Shown here in pieces: positions 26,560 through 40,500 of a DNA stretch of 64,000 bases. The stretch's first letter is position 1. Each line of letters begins with the position of its first letter. The position numbers and the translations under genes were made by a program. Source of the stretch: the human T2T-CHM13v2.0 reference genome, Homo sapiens; NCBI RefSeq assembly GCF_009914755.1, contig NC_060946.1. One strand, written 5' to 3'. Below the pieces are notes generated by a model. That model worked only from the letters and a program-made list of their open reading frames with translations. It did not search any database and had not been told where the DNA came from.

Positions 26560-29500
26560 GCCTGGTCTCTGCCTACTGGGGACATTGTGACATATCTCTG
26601 CACTGATCTAACAGTTTCTGTAAATTTTGTCTAGGCTCTGGCTACAAGGCTTTGTGACCTATCACTGCACTGATCACCCAGGCGATACAACTCCTGTCTA
26701 GGCTCTGCCTACAATGGTCTTGTGACATATCTCTGCACTGATCACCCAGGTGATATAACTCTTCTCTAGGATCTGACCACGGGGTGCTTTGTGACATATC
26801 CCTGCAATGATCACCCAGGTGATATACCACTTGCCAAGGCTCTGCCTACAGGGGCATTGCAATGTATCTCTGCACTGATCACCTAGGTCTTGTAGCTATT
26901 TTCTAGGATCTGCCTACAGGGTGCTTTTTGACGGGTCACAGCAAGGATTTCCCAGGTGATGTACCTCTCATCAAAGCTCTGCCTACGGGCACATTGTGAT
27001 ATATCTCTGCACTGATCACCTAGGTCATGTAACTTTTGTCTAGGCTCTACCTACGATGGTATTGTGACATATCTCTGCACTAATCATCCAAGTGATGTAA
27101 CACTTGTCTAGGATGTGCCTAAATTAACTTTTTGACATAACCCTGTACTGATCATCCAGGTGATGGAGCTTTTGTCTAGGCTCTGCCTAAGGGGGCTTTG
27201 TGACATATTTCTGCATTGATCACCCAGGTGGCGAACTCTTCTCTCGGATCTGCCTATGGGGGCATTGTGAGAAATGTCTGCACTGATCACCCAGGTGATG
27301 TAACTGTTGTGTAACCTCTGCCTACAGGGGAATTGTGAGAGATCTCGCCACTGATTACCCAAGTGATGTAACCATTGTCTAGGCTTTGCGTACAGGGGTC
27401 TTTGTGACATACCTTTGCACTGATCACCCAGGTGATGTAACACATCTAAGTTCGGCCTAAAGGAGCTTTGTGACACATCTCTGCACTGATCACTTAGGTG
27501 ATGTAACACTTTTATAATCACTGCCTACAGGGAATTTTGACAAATCTCTGCACTGATCACCTAGGTGATGTAACTCTTGTCTACCCTCTGTCCAACGGGG
27601 CATTGTGAAATATCTCTGCACTGAACACACAAGTGATTCAACTCATGACTAGGAACTGCCTACAGAGGTTATTGTGAAATATCTCTGCACTGATAAACTA
27701 GGTTGTGTAACCCTTGTCCAAGCTCTGCCTACAGGGGCGTTTCCACATATCCCTGAACTGATGACAAAGGTGATGTAACTCTTGCCTAGGCTTTGCCTAC
27801 AGGGGACATTGGACATATATCTGCAGTGATCACCCAGGTGATGCAACTCTTGCCTAGGCTTTGCCTACAGGGGACACTGTGACATATCTCTTCAATGATC
27901 ACTCATGTGATGCATCTCTTGCCTAGGCTTTGCCAACAGGGGACATTGTGACATATCTCTGCACTGATCTCCCTGGTACTGTAACTTTAGTCTAGGCTCT
28001 GGCTACACGGCATTGTGACATATCACTGCACTGATCAACCAGGTGATATAACTCTTGTATAGGCTCTGCCTACAGGGGGATTGTGACCTACCTCTGCACT
28101 GATCACCCAGGTGATATAACTCTTCTCTAGGATCTGCCTACAGGGTGCTTTGTGACATATCCCTGCACTGATCACCCAGGTGACCTAACTCTGGTCTAAG
28201 CTCTGCCTAAAGGGGCATTGTGACAGATCTCTGCACTGATCACTCAGGTGATGTAACTATTGTCTAGGCTCTGCTTAAAGGGGCCTTGTCACATATCCCT
28301 GCACTGATCACCCAGGTGATGTAACTCTTGTCTAGGCTCTGCTTCCAGGGCATATTGTGACATAACTATGCACTGATCACCTTAGTGATGTAACACTTGT
28401 GTAGGCTCGGCCTACAGAGGAATCTTGACATATCTCTGCACTGTTAAACGAGGTGATTTAACTCTTGTCTAGGCTGTGCCCACAGGGGGATTGAGACATA
28501 TCTCTGCACTGATCCCGAGGTGATCCAACTCTTGCCTGGTCTCTGCCTACTTGGGACATTGTGACATATCTCTGCACTGATCTCCCAGGTGCTGTAAATT
28601 TTGTCTAGGCTCTGGCTACACGGCATTGTGACTTATCACGGCACTGATCACCCAGGCGATACAACTCTTGTCTAGGCTCTGCCTACAAAGGTCGTGTGAC
28701 ATATCTCTGCACTGATCACCCAGGTGATATAACTCTTCTCTAGGATCTGACCACGGGGTGCTTTGTGACATATCCCTGCAATGATCACCCAGGTGATATA
28801 CCACTTGCCAAGGCTCTGCCTACAGGGGCATTGCAATGTATCTCTGCACTGATCACCTAGGTCTTGTAGCTATTTTCTAGGAGCTTCCTACAGGGTGCTT
28901 TGTGACGGGTCCCAGCAAGGATTACCCAGGTGATGTACTTCTCATCAAGGCTCTGCCTACAGGCACATTGCGATATATCTCTGCACTGATCACCTAGGTC
29001 ATGTAACTTTTGTCTAGGCTCTACCTACGATGGTATTGTGACATATCTCTGCACTAATCATCCAAGTGATGTAACACTTGTCTAGGATGTGCCTAAATTA
29101 ACTTTTTGACATAACCCTGTACTGATCATCCAGGTGATGGGGCTTTTGTCTAGGCTCTGCCTAAGGGGGCATTGTGACATATTTCTGCATTGATCACCCA
29201 GGTGGCGAACTCTTCTCTCGTATCTGCCTATGGGGGCATTGTGAGACATCTCTGCACTGATCACCCAGGTGATGTAACTGTTGTGTAACCTCTGCCTACA
29301 GGGGAATTGTGAGAGATCTCGCCACTGATTACCCAAGTGATGCAACCATTGTCTAGGCTTTGCGTACAGGGGGCTTTGTGACATACCTTTGCACTGATCA
29401 CCCAGGTGATGTAACACATCTAAGTTCGGCCTAAAGGAGCTTTGTGACACATCTCTGCACTGATCACTTAGGTGATGTAACACTTTTATAATCACTGCCT

Positions 29501-32500
29501 ACAGGGAATTTTGACAAATCTCTGCACTGATCACCTACGTGATGTAACTCTTGTCTACCCTCTGTCCAACGGGGCATTGTGAAATATCTCTGCACTGAAC
29601 ACACAAGTGATTCAACTCTTGACTAGGAACTGCCTACAGAGGTTATTGTGAAATATCTCTGCACTGATAAACTAGGTTGTGTAACCCTTGTCCAAGCTCT
29701 GCCTACAGGGGCGTTTCCACATATCCCTGAACTGATGACAAAGGTGATGTAACTCTTGCCTAGGCTTTGCCTACAGGGGACATTGGACATATATCTGCAC
29801 TGATCACCCAGGTGATGCAACTCTTGCCTAGGCTTTGCCTACAGGGGACACTGTGACATATCTCTTCAATGATCACTCATGTGATGCATCTCTTGCCTAG
29901 GCTTTGCCAACAGGGGACATTGTGACATATCTCTGCACTGATCTCCCTGGTACTGTAACTTTAGTCTAGGCCCTGGCTACACGGCATTGTGACATATCAC
30001 TGCACTGATCAACAAGGTGATATAACTCATGTATAGGCTCTGCCTACAGGGAGATTGTGACCTACCTCTGCACTGATCACCCAGGTGATATAACTCTTCT
30101 CTAGGATCTGCCTACAGGGTGCTTTGTGACATATCCCTGCACTGATCACCCAGGTGACCTAACTCTGGTCTAAGCTCTGCCTAAAGGGGCATTGTGACAG
30201 ATCTCTGCACTGATCACTCAGGTGATGTAACTATTGTCTAGGCTCTGCTTAAAGGGGCCTTGTCACATATCTCTGCACTGATCACCCAGGTGATGTAACT
30301 CTTGTCTAGGCTCTGCTTCCAGGGCATATTGTGACATAACTATGCACTGATCACCTTAGTGATGTAACACTTGTGTAGGCTCGGCCTACAGAGGAATCTT
30401 GACATATCTCTGCACTGTTAAACGAGGTGATTTAACTCTTGTCTAGGCTGTGCCCACAGGGGGATTGAGACATATCTCTGCACTGATCCCGAGGTGATCC
30501 ACCTCTTGCCTGGTCTCTGCCTACTGGGGACATTGTGACATATCTCTGCACTGATCTAACAGTTTCTGTAAATTTTGTCTAGGCTCTGGCTACAAGGCTT
30601 TGTGACCTATCACTGCACTGATCACCCAGGCGATACAACTCCTGTCTAGGCTCTGCCTACAATGGTCTTGTGACATATCTCTGCACTGATCACCCAGGTG
30701 ATATAACTCTTCTCTAGGATCTGACCACGGGGTGCTTTGTGACATATCCCTGCAATGATCACCCAGGTGATATACCACTTGCCAAGGCTCTGCCTACAGG
30801 GGCATTGCAATGTATCTCTGCACTGATCACCTAGGTCTTGTTGCTATTTTCTAGGATCTGCCTACAGGGTGCTTTTTGACGGGTCACAGCAAGGATTTCC
30901 CAGGTGATGTACCTCTCATCAAAGCTCTGCCTACGGGCACATTGTGATATATCTCTGCACTGATCACCTAGGTCATGTAACTTTTGTCTAGGCTCTACCT
31001 ACGATGGTATTGTGACATATCTCTGCACTAATCATCCAAGTGATGTAACACTTGTCTAGGATGTGCCTAAATTAACTTTTTGACATAACCCTGTACTGAT
31101 CATCCAGGTGATGGAGCTTTTGTCTAGGCTCTGCCTAAGGGGGCTTTGTGACATATTTCTGCATTGATCACCCAGGTGGCGAACTCTTCTCTCGGATCTG
31201 CCTATGGGGGCATTGTGAGAAATGTCTGCACTGATCACCCAGGTGATGTAACTGTTGTGTAACCTCTGCCTACAGGGGAATTGTGAGAGATCTCGCCACT
31301 GATTACCCAAGTGATGTAACCATTGTCTAGGCTTTGCGTACAGGGGTCTTTGTGACATACCTTTGCACTGATCACCCAGGTGATGTAACACATCTAAGTT
31401 CGGCCTAAAGGAGCTTTGTGACACATCTCTGCACTGATCACTTAGGTGATGTAACACTTTTATAATCACTGCCTACAGGGAATTTTGACAAATCTCTGCA
31501 CTGATCACCTAGGTGATGTAACTCTTGTCTACCCTCTGTCCAACGGGGCATTGTGAAATATCTCTGCACTGAACACACAAGTGATTCAACTCATGACTAG
31601 GAACTGCCTACAGAGGTTATTGTGAAATATCTCTGCACTGATAAACTAGGTTGTGTAACCCTTGTCCAAGCTCTGCCTACAGGGGCGTTTCCACATATCC
31701 CTGAACTGATGACAAAGGTGATGTAACTCTTGCCTAGGCTTTGCCTACAGGGGACATTGGACATATATCTGCAGTGATCACCCAGGTGATGCAACTCTTG
31801 CCTAGGCTTTGCCTACAGGGGACACTGTGACATATCTCTTCAATGATCACTCATGTGATGCATCTCTTGCCTAGGCTTTGCCAACAGGGGACATTGTGAC
31901 ATATCTCTGCACTGATCTCCCTGGTACTGTAACTTTAGTCTAGGCTCTGGCTACACGGCATTGTGACATATCACTGCACTGATCAACCAGGTGATATAAC
32001 TCTTGTATAGGCTCTGCCTACAGGGGGATTGTGACCTACCTCTGCACTGATCACCCAGGTGATATAACTCTTCTCTAGGATCTGCCTACAGGGTGCTTTG
32101 TGACATATCCCTGCAATGATCACCCAGGTGACCTAACTCTGGTCTAAGCTCTGCCTAAAGGGGCATTGTGACAGATCTCTGCACTGATCACTCAGGTGAT
32201 GTAACTATTGTCTAGGCTCTGCTTAAAGGGGCCTTGTCACATATCCCTGCACTGATCACCCAGGTGATGTAACTCTTGTCTAGGCTCTGCTTCCAGGGCA
32301 TATTGTGACATAACTATGCACTGATCAGCTTAGTGGTGTAACACTTGTGTAGGCTCGGCCTACAGAGGAATCTTGACATATCTCTGCACTGTTAAACGAG
32401 GTGATTTAACTCTTGTCTAGGCTGTGCCCACAGGGGGATTGAGACATATCTCTGCACTGATCCCGAGGTGATCCAACTCTTGCCTGGTCTCTGCCTACTT

Positions 32501-32750
32501 GGGACATTGTGACATATCTCTGCACTGATCTCCCAGGTGCTGTAAATTTTGTCTAGGCTCTGGCTACACGGCATTGTGACTTATCACGGCACTGATCACC
32601 CAGGCGATACAACTCTTGTCTAGGCTCTGCCTACAAAGGTCGTGTGACATATCTCTGCACTGATCACCCAGGTGATATAACTCTTCTCTAGGATCTGACC
32701 ACGGGGTGCTTTGTGACATATCCCTGCAATGATCACCCAGGTGATATACC
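26560..32750. repeat. About 2.2 kb block (26.56-28.8 kb) repeated at +3948 bp (30.5-32.75 kb)
   Basis: Shared private variants are GGGTCACAGCAAGGATTTCC (about 26933/30881), ACTCATGACT (27641/31589), CTGCAGTGAT (27821/31769) and AAAGGTCGTG (about 28687/32635). Confidence 0.85.
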
Positions 32751-35001
32751 ACTTGCCAAGGCTCTGCTTACAGGGGCATTGCAATGTATCTCTGCACTGA
32801 TCACCTAGGTCTTGTAGCTATTTTCTAGGATCTGCCTACAGGGTGCTTTGTGACGGGTCCCAGCAAGGATTACCCAGGTGATGTACCTCTCATCAAGGCT
32901 CTGCCTACAGACACATTGCGATATATCTCTGCACTGATCACCTAGGTCACGTAACTTTTGTCTAGGCTCTACCTACGATGGAATTGTGACATATCTCTGC
33001 ACTAATCATCCAAGTGATGTAACACTTGTCTAGGATGTGCCTAAATTAACTTTTTGACATAACCCTGTACTGATCATCCAGGTGATGGGGCTTTTGTCTA
33101 GGCTCTGCCTAAGGGGGCATTGTGACATATTTCTGCATTGATCACCCAGGTGGCGAACTCTTCTCTCGGATCTGCCTATGGGGGCATTGTGAGAAATCTC
33201 TGCACTGATCACCCAGGTGATGTAACTGTTGTGTAACCTCTGCCTACAGGGGAATTGTGAGAGATCTCGCCACTGATTACCCAAGTGATGTTACCAATGT
33301 CTAGGATTTGCGTACAGGGGGCTTTGTGACATACCTTTGCACTGATCACCCAGGTGATGTAACACATCTAAGTTCGCCCTAAAGGAGCTTTGTGGCACAT
33401 CTCTGCACTGATCACTTAGGTGATGTAACAGTTTTATAATCACTGCCTACAGGGAATTTTGACAAATCTCTGCACTGATCACCTAGGTGATGTAACTCTT
33501 GTCTACCCTCTGTCCAACGGGGCATTGTGAAATATCTCAGCACTGAACACCCAGGTGATTCAACTCTTGACTAGGAACTGCCTACAGACGTTATTGTGAA
33601 ATATCTCTGCACTGATAAAATAGGTGGTGTAACCCTTGTCCAAGCTCTGCCTACAGGGGCGTTTCCACATATCCCTGAACTGATGACAAAGGTGATGTAA
33701 CTCTTGCCTAGGCTTTGCCTACAGGGGCATTGGACATATATCTGCACTGATCACCCAGGTGATGCAACTCTTGCCTAGGCTTTGCCTACAGGGGACACTG
33801 TGACATATCTCTTCAATGATCACTCATATGATGCATCTCTTGCCTAGGCTTTGCCAACAGGGGACATTGTGACATATCTCTGCACTGATCTGCCTGGTAC
33901 TGTAACTTTAGTCGAGGCTCTGGCTACACGGCATTGTGACATATCACTGCACTGATCAACCAGGTGATATAACTCTTGTATAGGCTCTGCCTACAGGGGA
34001 TTGTGACCTACCTCTGCACTGATCGCCCAGCTGATAGAACTCTTCTCTAGGATCTGCCTACAGGGTGCTTTGTGACATATCCCTGCACTGATCACCCAGG
34101 TGACCTAACTCTGGTCTTAGCTCTGCCTAAAGGGGCATTGTGACAGATCTCTGCACTGATCACTCAGGTGATGTAACTATTGTCTAGGCTCTGCTTAAAG
34201 GGGCCTTGTCACATATGCCTTCACTGATCACCCAGGTGATGTAACTCTTGTCTAGGCTCTGCTTCCAGGGCATATTGTGACATAACTATGCACTGATCAC
34301 CTTAGTGATGTAACACTTGTGTAGGCTCGGCCTACAGAGGAATCTTGACATATCTCTGCACTGTTAAACGAGGTGATTTAACTCTTGTCTAGGCTGTGCC
34401 CACAGGGGGATTGAGAAATATCTCTGCACTGATCCCGAGGTGATCCAAATCTTGCCTGGTCTCTGCCTACTGGGGACATTGTGACATATCTCTGCACTAA
34501 TCTCCCTGGTGCTGTAAATTTTGTCTAGGCTCTGGCTACACGGCATTGTGAATTATCACTGCACTGATCACCCAGGCGATACAACTCTTGTCTAGGCTCT
34601 GCCTACAATGGTCTTGTGACATATCTCTGCACTGATCACCCAGGTGATATAACTCTTCTCTAGGATCTGACCACGGGGTGCTTTGTGACATATCCCTGAA
34701 ATGATCACCCAGGTGATATACCTCTTGCCAAGGCTCTGCTTACAGGGACATTGCAATGTATCTCTGCACTGATCACCTAGGTCTTGTAGCTATTTTCTAG
34801 GATCTGCCTACAGGGTGCTTTGTGACGTGTCCCAGCAAGGATTACCCAGGTGATGTACCTCTTATCAAGGCTCTGCCTACAGGCACATTGCGATATATCT
34901 CTGCACTGATCACCTAGGTCATGTAACTTTTGTCTAGGCTCTACCTACGATGGTATTGTGACATATCTCTGTACTAATCATCCAAGTGATGTAACACTTG
35001 T

Positions 35002-37519
35002 CTAGGATGTGCCTAAATTAACTTTTTGACATAAACCTGTACTGATCATCCAGGTGATGGGGCTTTTGTCTAGGCTCTGCCTAAGGGGGCATTGTGACAT
35101 ATTTCTGCATTGATCACCCAGGTGGCGAACTCTTCTCTCGGATCTGCCTATGGGGGCATTGTGAGAAATCTCTGCACTGATCACCCAGGTGATGTAACTG
35201 TTGTGTAACCTCTGCCTACAGGGGAATTGTGAGAGATCTCGCTACTGATTACCCAAGTTATGTAACCATTGTCTAGGCTTTTCGTACACGGGGCTTTGTG
35301 ACATACATTTGCACTGATCACCCAGGTGATGTAACACATCTAAGTTCGGCCTAAAGGAGCTTTGTGACACATCTCTGCACTGATCACTTAGGTGATGTAA
35401 CACTTTTATAATCACTGCCTACAGGGAATTTTGACAAATCTCTGCACTGATCACCTAGGTGATGTAACTCTTGTCTACCCTCTGTCCAACGGGGCATTGT
35501 GAAATATCTCAGCACTGAACACCCAGGTGATTCAACTCTTGACTAGGAACTGCCTACAGAGGTTATTGTGAAATATCTCTGCACTGATAAACTAGGTGGT
35601 GTAATCCTTGTCCAAGCTCTGCCTACAGGGGCGTTTCCACATATCCCTGAACTGATGACAAAGGTGATGTAACCCTTGCCTAGGCTTTGCCTACAGGGGT
35701 CATTGGACATATATCTGCACTGATCACCCAGGTGATGCAACTCTTGCCTAGGCTTTGCCTACAGGGGACACTGTGACATATCTCTTCAATGATCACTCAT
35801 GTGATGCATCTCTTGCCTAGGCTTTGCCAACAGGGGACATTGTGACATATCTCTGCACTGATCTCCCTCGTACTGTAACTTTAGTCTAGGCTCTGGCTAC
35901 ACGGCATTGTGACATATCACTGCACCGATCAACCAGGTGATATAACTCTTGTATAGGCTCTGCCTACAGGGGGATTGTGACCTACCTCTGCACTGATCAC
36001 CCAGGTGATATAACTCTTCTCTAGGGTCTGCCTACAGGGTGCTTTGTGACATATCCCTGCACTGATTACCCAGGTGACCTAACTCTGGTCTAAGCTCTGC
36101 CTAAAGGGGCATTGTGACAGATCTCTGCACTGATCACTCCGGTGATGTAACTATTGTCTAGGCTCTGCTTAAAGGGGCCTTGTCACATATCCCTGCACTG
36201 ATCACCCAGGTGATGTAACTCTTGTCTAGGCTCTGCTTCCAGGGCATATTGTGACATAACTATGCACTGATCAGCTTAGTGGTGTAACACTTGTGTAGGC
36301 TCGGCCTACAGAGGAATCTTGACATATCTCTGCACTGTTAAACGCGGTGATTTAACTCTTGTCTAGGCTGTGCCCACATGGGTATTGAGACATATCTCTG
36401 CACTGATCCTGAGGTGATCCAACTCTTTCTTGGTCTCTTCCTACTGGGGACATTGTGACATATCTCTGCACTGATCTCCCAGGTGCTGTAAATTTTGTCT
36501 AGGCTCTGGCTACACGGCATTGTGACTTATCACTGCACTGATCACCCAGGCGATACAACTCTTGTCTAGGCTCTGCCTACAGGGGGTTGTGACCTACCTC
36601 TGCACTGATCACCCAGTTGATATATCTCTTCTCTAGGATCTGCCTACAGGGTACTTTGTGACATATCCCTGCACTGATCACCCAGGTGATCTAACTCTGG
36701 TCTAAGCTCTGCCTAAAGGGGCATTGTGACAGATCTCTGCACTGATCACTCTGGTGATGTAAGTATTGTCTAGGCTCTGCTTCAAGGGGCCTTGTCACAT
36801 ATCTCTGCACTGATCACCCAGGTGATGTTACTCTTGTCTAGGCTCTGCTTCCAGGGCATATTGTGACATATCTATGCACTGATCACCTTAGTGATGTAAC
36901 ACTTTGGTAGGCTCGGCCTACAGGGGAATCTTGACATATCTCTGCACTGTTAACCGAGGTGATTTATCTCTTGTCAAGGCTGTGCCCACAGGGGTATTGA
37001 GACATATTTCTGCACTGATCCCGAGGTGATACAACTCTTGCCTGGTCTCTGCCTACTGTGGACATTGTGACATATCTCTGCACTGATCTCCCAGGTGCTG
37101 TAACTTTTGTCTAGGCTCTGGCAACACGGCATTGTGACATATCACTGCACTGATCACCCAGGCGATATAACTCTCCTCTATGATCTGACCACAGGGTGCT
37201 TTGTGACATATCCCTGCAATGATCACCCAGGTGATATACCACTTGCCAAGGCTCTGCTTACAGGGGTATTGCAATGTATCTCTGCACTGATCACCAAGGA
37301 CTTGTAGCTATTTTCTAGGATCTGCCTACAGGGTGCTTTGTGACGGGTCCCAGCAAGGATTACCCAGGTGATGTACCTCTCATCAAGGCTCTGCCTACAG
37401 GCACATTGCGATATATCTCTGCACTGATCACCAAGGTCATGTAACTTTTGTCTAGGCTCTACCTACGATGGCATTGTGACATATCTCTGCATTAATCATC
37501 CAAGTGATGTAACACTTGT
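35002..37519. repeat. 37-mer HOR variant (2518 bp) carrying a subtype-C insert at about 36.58-37.2 kb
   Basis: The landmark GTGACCTACCTC occurs at about 35981 and about 36593 (612 bp, 9 monomers). The 28-mer-type junction follows at about 37160, so the net gain is 8 monomers (544 bp). Confidence 0.88.
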
Positions 37520-40500
37520 CTAGGATGTGCCTAAGTTAACTTTTTGACATAACCCTGTACTGATCATCCAGGTGATGGGGCTTTTGTCTAGGCTCTGCCT
37601 AAGGGGGCATTGTGACATATTTCTGCATTGATCACCCAGGTGGCGAACTCTTCTCTCGGATCTGCCTATGGGGGCATTGTGAGAAATCTCTGCACTGATC
37701 ACCCAGGTGATGTAACTGTTGTGTAACCTCTGCCTACAGGGGAATTGTGAGAGATCTCTCCACTGATTACCCAAGTGATGTAACCATTGTCTAGGCTTTG
37801 CGTACAGGGGGCTTTGTGACATACCTTTGCACTGATCACCCAGGTGATGTAACACATCTAAGTTCGGCCTAAAGGAGTTTTGTGACACATCTCTGCACTG
37901 ATCACTTAGGTGATGTAACACTTTTATAATCACTGCCTACAGGGAATTTTGACAAATCTCTGCACTGATCACCTAGGTGATGTAACTCTTGTCTACCCTC
38001 CGTCCAACGGGGCATTGTGAAATATCTCAGCACTGAACACCCAGGTGAATCAACTCTTCACTAGGAACTGCCTACAGAGGTTATTGTGAAAAATCTCTGC
38101 ACTGATAAACTAGGTGGTGTAAACCTTGTCCAAGCTCTGCCTACAGGGGCGTTTCCACATATCCCTGAACTGACGACAAAGGTGATGTAACTCTTGCCTT
38201 GGATTTGCCTACAGGGAACATTGGACATATATCTGCACTGATCACCCAGGTGATGCAACTCTTGCCTAGGCTTTGCCTACAGGGGACACTGTGACATATC
38301 TCTTCAATGATCATTCATGTGATGCATCTCTTGCCTAGGCTTTGCCAGCAGGGGACGTTGTGACATATCTCTGCACTGATCTCCCTGGTACTGTAACTTT
38401 AGTCTAGGCTCTGGCTACACGGCATTGTGACATATCACTGCACTGATCAACCAGGTGATATAACTCTTGTATAGGCTCTGCCTACAGGGGGATTGTGACC
38501 TACCTCTGCACTGATCACCCAGGTGATATAACTCTTCTCTAGGATCTGCCTACAGGGTGCTTTGTGACATATCCCTGCACTGATCTCCCAGGTGACCTAA
38601 CTCTGGTCTAAGCTCTGCCTAAAGGGGCATTGTGACAGATCTCTGCACTGATCACTCAGGTGATGTAACTATTGTCTAGGCTCTGCTTAAAGGGGCCTTG
38701 TCACATATCCCTGCACTGACCACCCAGGTGATGTAACTCTTGTCTAGGCTCTGCTTCCAGGGCATATTGTGACATAACTATGCACTGACCACCTTAGTGA
38801 TGTAACACTTGTGTAGGCTCGGCCTACAGAGGAATCTTGACATATCTCTGCCCTGTTAAACGAGGTGATTTAACTCTTGTCTAGGCTGTGCCCACAGGGG
38901 GATTGAGACATATCTCTGCACTGATCCTGAGGTGATCCAACTCTTGCCTGGTCTCTGCCTACTGGGGACATTGTGACATATCTCTGCACTGATCTCCCAG
39001 GTGCTGTAAATTTTGTCTAGGCTCTGGCTACACGGCATTGTGACTTATCACTGCACTGATCACCCAGGCGATACAACTCTTGTCTAGGCTCTGCCTACAA
39101 TGGTCTTGTGACATATCTATGCACTGATCACCCAGGTGATATAACTCTTCTCTAGGATCTGACCACAGGGTGCTTTGTGACATATCCCTGCCATGATCAC
39201 ACAGGTGATATACCACTTGCCAAGGCTCTGCTTACAGGGGCATTGCAATGTATCTCTGCACTGAACACCTAGGACTTGTAGCTATTTTCCAGGATCTGCC
39301 TACAGGGTGCTTTGTGACGGGTCCCAGCAAGGATTACCCAGGTGATGTACCTCTCATCAAGGCTCTGCCTACAGGCACATTGCGATATATCTCTGCACTG
39401 ATCACCAAGGTCATGTAACTTTTGTCTAGGCTCTACCTACGATGGTATTGTGACATATCTCTGCACTAATCATCCAAGTGATGTAACACTTGTCTAGGAT
39501 GTGCCTAAATTAACTTTTTGACATAACCCTGTACTGATCATCCAGGTGATGGGGCTTTTGTCTAGGCTCTGCCTAAGGGGGCATTGTGACATATTTCTGC
39601 ATTGATCACCCAGGTGGCGAACTCTTCTCTCGGATCTGCCTATGGGGGCATTGTGAGAAATCTCTGCACTGATCACCCAGGTGATGTAACTGTTGTGTAA
39701 CCTCTGCCTACAGGGGAATTGTGAGAGATCTCGCCACTGATTACCCAAGTGATGTAACCATTGTCTAGGCTTTGCGTACAGGGGGCTTTGTGACATACCT
39801 TTGCACTGATCACCCAGGTGTTGTAACATATCTAAGTTCGGCCTAAAGGAGCTTTGTGACACATCTCTGCACTGATCACTTAGGTGATGTAACACTTTTA
39901 TAATCACTGCCTACAGGGAATTTTGACAAATCTCTGCACTGATCACCTAGGTGATGTAACTCTTGTCTTCCCTCTGTCCAACGGGGCATTGTGAAATATC
40001 TCTGCACTGAACACCCAAGTGATTCAACTCTTGACTAGGAACTGCCTACAGAGGTTATTGTGAAATATCTCTGCACTGATAAACTAGGTTGTGTAACCCT
40101 TGTCCAAGCTCTGCCTACAGGGGCGTTTCCACATATCCCTGAACTGATGACAAAGGTGATGTAACCCTTGCCTAGGCTTTGCCTACAGGGGTCATTGGAC
40201 ATATATCTGCACTGATCACCCAGGTGATGCAACTCTTGCCTAGGATTTGCCTACAGGGGACACTGTGACATAGCTCTTCAATGATCACTCATGTGATGCA
40301 TCTCTTGCCTAGGCTTTGCCAACAGGGGACATTGTGACATATCTCTGCACTGATCTCCCTGGTACTGTAACTTTAGTCTAGGCTCTGGCTACACGGCATT
40401 GTGACATATCACTGCACTGATCAACCAGGTGATATAACTCTTGTATAGGCTCTGCCTACAGGGGGATTGTGACCTACCTCTGCACTGATCACCCAGGTGA

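Noticed and set aside
37107-37307. The only plus-strand ORF (66 aa)
   Set aside because: It results from chance loss of stop codons in a variant hybrid unit and has no coding features.
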